Shown here: one piece after another, positions 1-11,503 of the stretch
Numbering within the stretch: position 1 is the stretch's first letter
Layout of the letters: each line of letters begins with the position of its first letter
Assembly (NCBI RefSeq): GCF_964355755.1
Contig: NC_092672.1
Span: 2,294,001-2,358,000 of the forward strand
DNA: 64,000 bases
Reading direction: 5' to 3'
Source of the DNA: Antedon mediterranea
Taxonomy: Eukaryota; Animalia; Echinodermata
Notes under the pieces: model-generated
Seen by the model: only the letters and a program-made list of their open reading frames with translations
What the model was told of the DNA's origin: nothing
The model's database searches: none
Translations under genes and position numbers: made by a program

Positions 1-1204
1 GAACATAAAATGTAAAACAAAACAAATTGAGGCTGGTGTTAGAAATTCTAAATAAAGAATTTTATAGAAAATAAAAAAAAACTGGAAAAATAAAAATATT
101 TCAAAAGGTAAAGCTCTGTCTACACTATCAAACTGGTTTGACAAAAAAAGTGTGATGTGCCCAAATATGGTAGTATATATGTCCATATATGGGCACCTCA
201 CATTTTGTGAAAGAGCTTTAAACTCTGAGGCTACTAACAAAAATAAATTTTTATGGCAAATTACTTTAAATAGTGAAACTAATATCAAACTTAGTCATGA
301 GCTTACAGTGGTTACCCCGCAACTTATACAAAAATCAACATTTCCAAATTTAGAAATTTTGAAGGGAAAAAATGAATCATCAGCTGACATGTCGTAAACT
401 GCAAGAAACAGAGCGATGACATTAGACAGGAAGTACAAGGAAACATTTACTTTCCTTGTAAAATGTAGAACAAAATCTACAAAAACAAATCAAAACTATG
501 AACATCAAGGGGCAGATTTGTACTGTATATCACAGAATTTACTAACTGTGATTAAACCCTTTGAAGATGTGAGGTTTCTACCCCAAGTGACTGAGGCTAA
601 ATAAGGTATTTTTAATAGGTTTAGAAAAAATGCAAAAAACAATTCTATGACTGTAATTTTTTGCAATTGTTTTATTGTTATTTGAAATGTTTTGGCCTCG
701 CCTTCCGAAAAATTCCTTTTGTTTTGTGGACCAAATGCTCAAAAAGTGCAATTCATTCACTCCAAATACAGACATATACGGGCTTCGTATCCTGGGACAG
801 TAAAGTAACCCATATGGGATACGGGCCACGTCTGCAGAGGGTTAACAATGAGGAATACAGTATCCGTATTTTTTGGAGTGGCACGCCTAATTGGCGACAG
901 AAGCTGTTGGCCTCTAGCTAATTGTTTGTATTTATGTCTGTATAACTGTGTTTGCCAAAATTAATAAAATAAAATAAAATAATAAAAAGTCAGTTTAAGC
1001 AAGGTCTTCTGTATGGGTCCCTTAAACAGACGTTCAATGAACATGTCAATTCTACGTACACTGTATATTTAAAAAATTATTATTTTTGATCATCAACCTA
1101 TTTTTACACTTTGTTTTCGATTTGCAACAATCTAATACGACCTGGACCACCTTACTACGCATATTGCAAGTAAATCTTAATGGGCTGGAATTTAACAGTA
1201 GTCA

Positions 1205-2707
1205 TTATTTATTTATTTATTTATATATTTCCTTTTATTGCATCAAGCAGTGATGAAGTTGACATAAATATAATAGTAAATATGTAAACACATAGTATAA
1301 CACAGTCCAAACAAGAAATACTAAAATATATCATAGTCCACAAATCAGTCTTTCAATGGCCATCATAGTACATCCAGTAACACAAACCAATAGAGGTTCA
1401 CAATTTGCTTATCATAACTCAGTTACTGATCATTCACCAATTATTGAAAACTCCGTGGAAAGTAATGAAGTTTTTTGTGCGTTGTGTCCGGACTTTGGGG
1501 AGGGTGAACGATCTAACGCGCCGGAGCTGATGGTTGTGTGTGGGAGGTTTAGGTAAGAGAGAGTGTAATATATGATCTTCTTTTTTCATTTTATCAAAGA
1601 ATTTTCTTGACAACTTCTCGCGGCGTTCAGATAGAGTGATGATGTTAAGGTATCTGCGGGTATCAGCATACGAGGTACCATCGGGGCATATTATGTTACA
1701 CGCTCTTCTTTGGACATGTTCGATTTGGTCAGATTGTGCTTTGGATAAACTCGGGGACCAAACAGCACAGGCATATTCGAGAACTGGTCGTATCACTGCT
1801 TGATAGTATCGGAGCAGTTCCAGTCTATCTAGGCCAGACCTCTTGAGTTGCTTAAGAAAAAACAACCTTGGTACAACGCGCTTAGTTAAACAGTCAACAT
1901 GCGTCTGCCACGACAATTTACGGTCAAGATTGACACCTAGTAACTTTGCATGCACAACACACTTGACTTCAGATCCATTCACAGTGATTGGGTCAAACTC
2001 AGTTGGTGTTCTCTTACATGTAATGCGCAGTTCAACCGATTTTTTCTCATTCAGTTTCATACCATTTTCTTCGCACCATTTAAATATACTGTTCATACTA
2101 TCTTGAATTTTGCACTCGGAGTTCTTATTATATCTTTGGTAAAAGGTGGTATCGTCCATATATTTCATAAGCGGCAGATCGACCTGGAGGTCATCAATGA
2201 AGGCAACAAACAGGATTGGACCAAGCCATGATCCTTGTGGGATTCCTCCGTTTGGTTTTAGCCACGGTGAGAAGACATTCTTCAATTTCACTCTGTGTTT
2301 TCTATCTGCAAGAAAAGCTTGAATCCATGCTACAAGAACTTCGTCGATACCTATGTTCTTTAACTTTCTAATTAAAATGTGGTGGTCAATCATATCATAC
2401 GCTTTGCTAAAATCCAATAGGAGAGCACGTACTTCCTCACCATCATCAGTGGCTTGGTACCAGTGATGCAATGATGAGATGAGGGCGTCAGTTGTTGAGA
2501 CCCCCTTTGAGCTACCAAATTGGTTGTTTGATAGTTTGTCTTTCAGCTGGTCCCAAACAAGACTACCAATTAAGCTCTCTACAATTTTTGCAGCTACAGA
2601 TATTAACGAAATGGGTCGGAGATCGGTTTGGACACAGCGAGGGGGGTTTATTTTCGGTATTGGCACAATATTTCCAGTCATCCGGGATATACGATTAGCA
2701 ACAAGCT
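1205..2707 (-). mobile_element. 5'-truncated non-LTR retrotransposon (CR1/L2-group LINE), RT domain and C-terminus, inside EFHD2 intron 1
   Basis: ORF 1434-2681 has RT motifs RPISL, LLDFSKAYD, GIPQGSWLGP, YMDD, LLGVNLD and the tail YACAVWSP..IEHVQRRA. Upstream IPDDWK (about 2690) is frameshifted. (TAAA)n-type tail near 1205-1225. No endonuclease domain. Confidence 0.93.
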
Positions 2708-4330
2708 TGGTGGTATAAACGCCCTGAGGCTAGTGGAAGTTGTGGGTTCGAGTCCTTCTAAAATTAATGTACTGATCATTATTCCATGTTTAGTACGATT
2801 GCATCAGAGTAGGGTCATCCATTGAACTTAATATATAATACAATGTTTACAGTTGTATTGAATACTGTAACAATGGTATTCACAAAAGACACTATTCTAA
2901 ATATTTTATTGTGCAAGAACCACTGTACCAGCATAAATTGGAATTGACTATTTATTCAATTGAGTTAGTAGTACTAGTAGTAGGCTACTAACAGGATGCT
3001 GAGCTCTGGAGATCAAAGGGTTTACCTGTGGTTGTGACACGATCAGTTCCACGCCCCTTAACAGACAAGCGTGCGCCGCGGAGGATATGTACATAGTACA
3101 GTACTGTTGGTATTTGTAGCAGCCAAACATAAGATCAAAGGACTGTTACGAGTTCCTATCTTGGCAAGGCGAACTCAGAACTTGATTTTAAGTTTATTCT
3201 CAAATGACAACTCTTGGGATATAACAAGGAAACACAATCACAGAAAAACAACAAATACATGCTGAAATAATAATCCCAGGAATAAGGTTTTTTTTTCTAT
3301 TAACCAAAAAATCACTCAATCATAAAGGAATGAGGAAGTACCTTTATTTAATAAAAGGGAAAAATAAAGACAAGTACAATGGAGTTGGATACTGTTATCT
3401 TTTTAATGTCAATACCAAAAGTTTAATCTTGAACATGATATATTAAATACCCATTGAATACTTGGTGAAACCACAAGATAAGTATATAACATGATAAGGG
3501 ACTTTCCCTATGTTTTTGTTACATAAATTGTCACTATCACAGATCACAATTTATCATTCAATTAATTTTATATATTATTAATGGGAGTACTAGTACATTG
3601 TTTTTGTATATATTTTTTGTTATACTCAATAATCCATGCAACAATTTAAATAAATCATAAGGGGGTTTCCCCACGATATTTTAACATAAAATGTTGCAAC
3701 AGTGTCTATGATTGATTCTGAAGGTAAATTACGCATAATAAATAAATAAATTGAGATCAGACCAAGTGTGTTTTTCCAATATTTTATTTTTGTGTAAAAA
3801 TTACAATGAAGGCTTGTCCCCTCTATGAAAAATTCATGGAAAAATTATAAATTAAAACTAAAAATCTATTAAACTATGGACCTAATTTACTAATTTATAG
3901 GTCCATGATTAAACAAAAAAATAAATTAAATAAAATTTAATTTAAAAAATGAAATAGTTTCATAAATTAGGCCTATATCTAGGGACTGAAAATGTTATGC
4001 TCCAGTAATCGCTTTTGTCCTTTTTATTTAGTATTAATTAAGCATACTTCAGTACACTGACAGTAACATGTGTTGCTAATGCATAGAGATTTAGTTTAAT
4101 AATAGATTAATACTTACAATTAAATGGTCATAGTAATAATATTATCTACAAAAAGGTAGTTTACTTGCAATAATAGAAAAACGTGTAGGCCCGATTGCAG
4201 GATAGTTTTTTTAAATCTTTCATTTGCATTTCTAATTCCGACATTTATCGATTTATATTCAAGAGTTGACATTCCGGGTATCACTATTACTCAAGCTACC
4301 AAAGTACAGAGCGTAAAACAAACCACCTAC

Positions 4331-4488
4331 TTTTTAAACATTTTCTCGTATTCCTTGATTTGTTTCCGTGAAAACTCTTTAAACTCCGTGTACGGATTCC
4401 ACGGGCCTGTCTTGTTCGCTGGGACCTCCTGGCCTTCATTGATCGCATCCCGTCTGGCTAGTTTTTCTGCTAGTTCGTTTGTCGCCAT
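4331..4488 (-). CDS. EFHD2: Coding exon 1 of EF-hand domain protein D2 / swiprosin-1; the rest of the gene lies beyond the left edge
   Basis: Translates MATNELAEKLARRDAINEGQEVPANKTGPWNPYTEFKEFSRKQIKEYEKMFK, matching the EFHD MATxELxxKLxRR and NPYTEFKEFSRKQIK signatures. Phase-2 donor GTAGGT at 4330. No exon 2 found in 1-4330. Confidence 0.88.
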
Positions 4489-6015
4489 AATTTTAGTTTT
4501 TGTTCAAACAAACTCAACAATATACGTTAAAACTATGAGCTACAAAATAAAGTGATTCTTTTGCAGAATAGAACTCAATTATTGTAATACTTCCGCCTTG
4601 TACAATTGCGTTGTTATATCCACTCAAACAGGTTGATTTTATCGACCACCTCTCTCGTTGTGTTGTTTTGCTTACTTACTTCCGTGAAGCACGATCTAAC
4701 ATGATTGCGCGCGCTACTACCAGGAAGTTCCATTTTATAGGTCAAAGTTCAGCTAATTTAATTTAAGTTAAAACAATGACATTGTAGTTATTCTGTGATA
4801 ATTTCCGTTTAAAATGTATGTAGGGTTTAAAGAAGAGTATCTTTGCACTTGTCACGTTGATACATTTGTGTTAGAGTGTACTTTTAACCAGAAAAAGGAT
4901 ATAAACTCCCTGTTAAATAATGAACCCTGCCGAACTCTCCGAGAAATAATAGTAATAAGTTATTAACTATATTAATAATTCAACACAAATCTGTGAATCA
5001 AGGATACGGGGTATGCCGAACTTCTTTCTGACAGTAAACTAAAAAAAATGTGATCTTGTAATTTAAATTATATATCAACTAGAGTATCCGAAAAATAAAT
5101 GAGCAACGTAGTACATAATGTTGGCTAATCAAATCGGTGTGAAACAGTGGTCTCATTCTAATGACGAAGAATGCAACTTTAGATTAAACTATAAATATTC
5201 ATTAATGAATATTCATTAACCAAGATTAAACGAATAGTTGTTCTATAATTTAATTTACAATATTAAGATTTTTTTATAGTTTTGTAGGCCTAGCTGGCCT
5301 ACTTTAAAGAAGACACAGGATGAAGTGTTCGATTAACTGACGCAAACGCAACGACGGAAGCGCACTTTTGACCAATCACAAGCGATAGATTATTCGAACT
5401 CGTGCTTGTGTGATACCTCGCTTGCTATTGGTCAAATCACTTTTCTTGCGCTTATTATTCTTGCATTGTGCGTCATAGAAAAATGAGTGTGCGGCGGGCA
5501 TCAAGCTAAACAGATACATAATAAGACAAAATACAGTGTGTAATGATTTCGCTGGTTATAATAATAAATATAGGTCTTATATTAATTAATGGAGTCCATT
5601 ATGCTGGTATTAACTTAATTAATCATAATATTGATTGGATTATTATAACAATATACAAATGTCTGTTATTTATGTAACAATAATTATCATAATACGCAGA
5701 ATCTTTGTTTGATTCAGAAGATCGAAATTAAAACAATTTGGACTCAAGAATTTTGAAGAAAGACAGTTCAGAAATCCTGCTATATCTTTTTCAATGATTT
5801 TCCCAACACTATACTTTGTATTGTCTTGAAATGTGCCTTTAAAGTAGTAATCATGGGGTGGGGTTGTTAGGGAGTGGGGGTGGGGTATTATCAATAGCAA
5901 TATCAAGTGATGAAAACTAAAACGTTAGTCATTTCTAAAGCCAATTCAGCATGGTAGGCCTACTTCTATCTATTTATTTACTTGTACTATTCTATTGTTT
6001 ATTAATTATTGTACA

Positions 6016-6113
6016 GTACTTTGAAAGCACTGGACTAGATTCTTCTGCATCTCTTTTTTTTTCTTGTTCTTCGGAAATGTTCTGTCTCCTCAACGTGCAG
6101 TGATCACAGAGGC
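6016..6113 (-). pseudogene. Decayed coiled-coil exon 4 of the EFHD paralog
   Basis: Reads NISEEQEKKRDAEES, then SAFK in a shifted frame, resembling the EFHD terminal IxxEQEExKRxxEE...AAF. It lies downstream of a GTAGGT donor (6699) retained right after the stop codons. Confidence 0.5.
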
Positions 6114-6703
6114 CTACTGATGTGAATTTAATTCTACGTAAACTGTAATTAAAAAGAGAATCAATCAATGGCCTGCAGTAGAAGTATTAAAAGATGAGGC
6201 TCGTTGCTGACATCTGTCACTTTTCACGTAGGTATTAGGCAGAAAAGGAAACATTGCCGCATCACCACAACAATTACCTCACCCCAGCCTACGCCCTTGA
6301 ATACGTTTGACATTATGGTCAATTTTAAATAGATTTGTTTACTGTAAAAGATGTTCACTTGGTTCGCAACGTAGCACATCACAAGGAAGTTTGATGACCC
6401 AGCGCGTCCATTGGTCAAATAACTTGTTGCGCGCTTCTGTGACGTCCTTGCTCTGCGTCCAAAGGAACCAAACTCAGTTTAGTTTGATGATGAAAAATAT
6501 TACGAAGGAGCCATAGGCCTAATATGCTTGATATGATTGCGAAGATAGAAATGTATTTATGGCTTGGAATTTAAAGGACGATGAATTGAAGGACCGTGTA
6601 GAAAGGGGGAACTACAATAAATGTGGTTAGAGGAAGCGAGAAACTTTACAGATAGGATTAATTGCCTTTTGAAATATAATAATGATGGTACTGACCTACC
6701 TTA

Positions 6704-7482
6704 TTACTGAGACACGTCACCACTCTCATTTAGGTCTGTCAATTTCGCCAAATCATGCAATCCACTGCCTTCTTTCAACTCACCAGCTGCAGCCTTCCTA
6801 TATATTAACAGGAACTTAAAAGAAAAAAAAATGTAGGCCTATGTTAAGACTTTGTCTTTCACCAAACGGAAGACGGCGCCGTTCAATTCTGCATAATGAT
6901 TTTCCATTTTATTTAACAACTTTCTACAATGTGAACGCAGCCTAACGTTATGCATTTTTGGTCCCCACCCCGCCCTGGTAAACGATTTACTTCTCTGAAG
7001 CTTATCATGCCATCGAGATCTTCGTCCACTTCACGTATCATCGCTTTCAGTGACGTGTGAGTCTGAGGAACTCCTAGATTCTCCATCATCAGCTTTAACT
7101 CCATCTGGTCAATGTATTCATTATTGTCAACATCATACCTTTTAATAAAGAAAAACACAAATCAAAAACCATGTTCCTCCGTGTTTTTAATATTATTGAT
7201 TAAGTCGCAGTTCTTTCAATCGAAGAAGAATTTATAGTAGATTTTTTTTTCAATTTTTCTAATTCTACATCATAATTATTTTTACTTAAAAAAACGTTTT
7301 AATTATACAGACTTGAATAACGGTGATCCTCAAACGTAAACTGAATGAAATACTTACTTTTTAAAAATTGTATTGTATTCTTTGATTTGATTTCTTGAAA
7401 ATTCCGTAAACTCACTGTACGGATTCGGGTTACTACTCCCACTGAGCCCCTGTCTTATGTTGAGTTGATCGTTTGTCGTCAT
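6704..7482 (-). CDS. Tandem EFHD/swiprosin paralog, two EF-hands, C-terminally truncated (about 127 aa; may be a pseudogene)
   Basis: Exons 7358-7482, 6991-7138 and 6704-6814 join in frame with GT-AG: MTTNDQ...NPYSEFTEFSRNQIKEYNTIFKKYDVDNNEYIDQMELKLMMENLGVPQTHTSLKAMIREVDEDLDGMISFREFLLIYRKAAAGELKEGSGLHDLAKLTDLNESGDVSQ*. Confidence 0.85.
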
Positions 7483-7983
7483 TTTTGTTCAAACTTGTTC
7501 CGCAAAACACATTTAAAACTATAAATAATTAAGGCTATGTTGATATACAATTGCGGTACACTGTTAGTTCTGAAGAACTGTTGAGTTTCTCAACGTTTCG
7601 ATGAATATGCTTCGATCGTCCTTACTGGAATGAGGAGAATACAGGAAGTCCAGGAATGGATAGGGGATCGAATAATAAAGATTAGGAGGTGGGACTAAGC
7701 CTGTGATTTGTGAATGCAGTCAAGGCTATATAACAAAAGTGGAATAGATTTGAGCTAAGAAGAGCATTGTTTCCCCGATTGTTTCACATGGACAACTGTG
7801 AATAGAAACCACCTGTGTTTATTGAAGTGTGAAACAAGCTAAAAACAATAAAACAACACAGTAGCATTCTGGAAGCTGTGGACTGGTCAAACAAAATTAT
7901 ATTTGTATGGTTTACTGTCAATGTCCATTCTGGTTAAAATATAACAAATGATCCAATTGTCTTGATGATTGTGTTTGAAGATT

Positions 7984-8046
7984 TCAATGGGAATCTGGTG
8001 CGTCTGGCATAGCCTTGATGTTCTTTGAGCCTGGTTTGAGCTGCTG
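7984..8046 (-). CDS. FHAD1: Candidate terminal coding exon of FHAD1 (QQLKPGSKNIKAMPDAPDSH*)
   Basis: T-rich tract plus AG acceptor at 8047-8048; phase 0 fits exon 11504-11572; GC-richer than its flanks. No homology support, and the frame would differ if an intervening exon was missed. Confidence 0.45.
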   Translation of the reverse strand, partial: QQLKPGSKNIKAMPDAPDSH

Positions 8047-8634
8047 CTTCAAAATAAATAAATAAAAAACAATTTAGACTAGAGAGATAAAGAGTTAAAA
8101 AAAAGAACAAGGAACAATGTCAATGTTAGCAACACTAACGCAACATTTATTTTTGTTTCCATTTTTATTTTGTCCAAAATGAATAACCTTTTCTTGAATT
8201 GTAAGTATGGTTCCAGCTTGGACGCAATGAGGTAAGCGCGACGCAAGATATGACCAATCACAAGCGATGGATTATTCGAAATCGCTCGCTTGTCATTCGC
8301 GAGCGATTGCGCTAACGTCGTTCTTTGCGTCCAATGAACTAATTTGTAATACACCAGGTAGCCTATGTTAGTTCTAAAAAGAACTTGTTGAGTTTCTCAA
8401 CATTTCGATAAATGTTTCGATCTTCCCTAAGGAATAAGAATGCAATAAGCTGGAATTGGCCTGGGAATATGCGATATTAGGGCAGGTTTGAAAAAAAAAA
8501 TCGGGCATAGGAAGACCGTTAGGGGAATTGGGTTGACATCGATCCGGATTCAGTTCATATACCATTTTGAAAAGCTTCGACAAAATAGGCCTATACATGC
8601 AGCCAATGGTTATTCTTTTTGTCTATTGTGTGAA

Positions 8635-8960
8635 TAAGATAAGATAAGATAAGCTAACTTTTATTGATCCTCAAAAAGGAAATTCATTGCTCGTCATAAT
8701 AACAAAGAAAACACAATAAAAACAAATATAGCATAAAACCATTCATATAAAAACATCTAAAAAATACAAGATAAAATTATCTTCTTGACTTCCTGTTGTA
8801 CTGGATGATACCGGAGGGAATAATGGATTTGACATATCGATTTGTTTTCACACTGAGGAGCCTCAATCTACCACTTGGATTAAGTTGGTCTATGATTACT
8901 TTGTGGAGAGGATGAGAGGCATCTGAATGATACAAAAAAATAAAACACAACCAGAGGCCT
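8635..8960 (-). mobile_element. Degenerate 3' end of an L2/CR1-group LINE
   Basis: Peptide DASHPLHK...NPSGRLRLLSVKTNRYVKSIIPSGI resembles the LINE ORF2 C-terminus (HPL...LPSGRR...RTNR..SFIP). (TCTTA)n tail at 8635-8652. Confidence 0.65.
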
Positions 8961-9552
8961 ATAGTCAACGAAATATGTATTTTGTTCATTTGTTATAAAC
9001 ATCAACACACAGTTTATGAATAATATTTATTTATTCAATATAATTATTTAATTCAATATTGATCTCAAGGCATTACTAGGTTGGAGTAACCTTTCGTTAT
9101 GATTGGTTCCCCCTAGGACGCATCGCAAAGTGATTTGACCAATCACAAGCGATAGATTATTCGAACAGTCGCGTGTGATTGGTCAATTCGCTTGCGTTGC
9201 GTCTACTACGTCTTTGCGCTGCGTCTCGAGTGGGAACCAAGCTTTATCTTCACACTTTGGACGCAATGACGTAGGCACAATGCAAGCGAGTTGACTAATA
9301 ACAAGCGAAAGTACGAATAATCCATCGCTTGCGATTGGTTAAAAGTTGCGTTGAGCTTACATCCTTGCGTTGCATCCTAGTTGAAACCAAGCTTTATACA
9401 TAGTCTTTATTAATTTTCATAATCAATGATTGGATTTCAAGGTTTTATAAACGTTTAATTCTCTTCTAAAGAATGAATTTATGATTATTATTATTACAGT
9501 AGACGTCATATCTATCTATGGCGCGCAAAATGACTTAATACGTCATGATAAA

Positions 9553-9744
9553 AAGGCCTTTCACACCTGTTCCGGCACGATTTCGGTCCGGCGAATCGAA
9601 CGCCAATGTTTCGTTTTCACGACGCTCCACGCGGCTATGCGCCAATCGATATGCGCGTAACCGCGTAAAAACGAAACATTGACGTTCGATTGGATTACTC
9701 GGCGCCGGACCGGAACTGTTCCGAAACGAGTCTGAAAGATCCTT
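9553..9744. mobile_element. GC-rich MITE with imperfect TIRs
   Basis: AAGGCCTTTCACAC...GTCTGAAAGATCCTT termini; inner inverted repeat AATCGAACGCCAATGTTTCGTTTT / AAAACGAAACATTGACGTTCGATT. Confidence 0.65.
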
Positions 9745-10274
9745 TATGGGACGGACTACAATAAGCACACACAGTACAGGTTAACTAAATATCCTACTGT
9801 ATGAACAGTCATCTAACACAATCTGTTCTATTATCAAGGTATCTTATGATATCAAAGTAATAAAGATTTAACTCCAATGATGAACATGCACATGTAAAAA
9901 TTACCTTATAATGATACTACTACTAGTACATACATTAAAATGATAGTACATCTTCAATTATTAGAGACACTATTGCATTGCTTACTATACTATATACATA
10001 ATTCACAATAATATATAAAGTACAGTTGCTGAATCATACTTCAAATTTCATAATTATAATCAATTTATGTATATCAATGATATCTTTTAATTTGTACATG
10101 ATTAGATATATTAATAATTATTTATTATTAGTTATTTGTTTTTTAAGCGTATTGCCAAGGAATGGTAGGCCTAATAATGTAATCACACTGTCTTAATCAT
10201 GGTATGTTTCTAACACAAGATTACACAATTACATAGCTATTGAGTCAAACAATCATGTGCATGTGCAGAATGAC

Positions 10275-10628
10275 TGTTATTTTATTTTATTTTATGTCTT
10301 TAGGCAATGTGGCCAAGGATTACCAATAGTGAATTAATCACTGTCCTATCAGATAGGTGGTAATCCCCCTGATACAGGGGCTATTGTGTGAACCAGTTCA
10401 CCGGGGTAACCCCCTACTCTTTTTCGAATAATGAACTGGGTTCTTTAAAGTACACACAGGTTATAACTGTGTACACTGGACCTACGGTTTATAGTCCTTA
10501 TCCGAGAAGACTTGTTCCACCACCAGAACTAGGAGCGAGTCGGCCTCGAACCCTTGCCGATGTTGTTGTTGGCTCTTTAGGTACGGTAAACGGCGCCCCT
10601 GCCTTAACCGCTCGGCCATATGACTCAA
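10275..10628 (-). mobile_element. tRNA-derived SINE with Deu/Nin-like central domain
   Basis: Minus strand has box A TGGCCGAGCGG and box B GGTTCGAGGCC, then TCTTCTCGGATAAGGACTATAAACCGTAGGTCC...AAAGAACCCAG...TTCGAAAAAGAGTAGGGG, resembling the Deu/Nin core as recalled. (AAAAT)n tail. Confidence 0.75.
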
Positions 10629-11503
10629 CAGCTGCATAGTCTAGTGGCTATTCATGAAATAACAAAATTTGTAAAACACACAAAGGTTCTCTTACATAAT
10701 AAAAAAGGTACGTTGTAAATCTTTCACAAGATGCTATACATAAATGTACAATAAACATGCAGACAGGGTTCTCTACAAGTCTTTAGCAGTAAAGTTGTTT
10801 ATGAGAAAGAAAAGGCATTAGCTTGGATTTGAACCCAAGCGTCTAGGAGATTAATCACTAAACTCAACTCGTATTAAAGTCATACGCTAAATAACGCCAA
10901 CTAATTCTTAATACTACAATCCCATTTACTTGATTAAAATCTTTTTTAAAATTCTCTACTTGCACACTGGTAAGAATTCTTCTGTTACACTTCAATTTGA
11001 TTGAATAACCATATACTAGTCTAGGTTCTGGACAGCATTTCGACATAATAGTGGAAAAAAGTTATACATTTTGACACACATTCATAAGTACAATATTTCA
11101 GCGGGAAACAAAGATCAAAACGCTGACTGGCGGAGGACAACATAAAAAAGACAATAACTACAAACTTTAGGCAAGTCTAACCATATACATACAACTCATC
11201 TAATTCGCAAGTGCCTGAAAAAAACAAAAACAAATTATTTCTTAAATAAACCAATTGATTATGATCAACTTATTGATTGGAAAATAACTAAAATATGTGT
11301 CTTGAAAGAACATATTTCAATTCAACTATTAAACAATTAATCAGCTAATACAACTACAAAAATCAATTGGCCAATAAATTAATCTATTAAAAATTAGTTT
11401 TACAGAATAATCAATACAATCAATAATAATCAATTCATTACAATTAATAACATTATTGGTCAACACAATGTGCATACATTAAAAGCATTTTTGGAATACT
11501 CAC

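Noticed and set aside
1434-2681. RT as the driver of a DGR acting on the NLR LRRs
   Set aside because: It is an ordinary truncated LINE RT, not a DGR-type RT, lies about 37 kb away, and no template repeat was found.
2705-2756. tRNA gene
   Set aside because: A box B (GGTTCGAGTCC) is present but there is no cloverleaf; likely a SINE head beside the LINE end.
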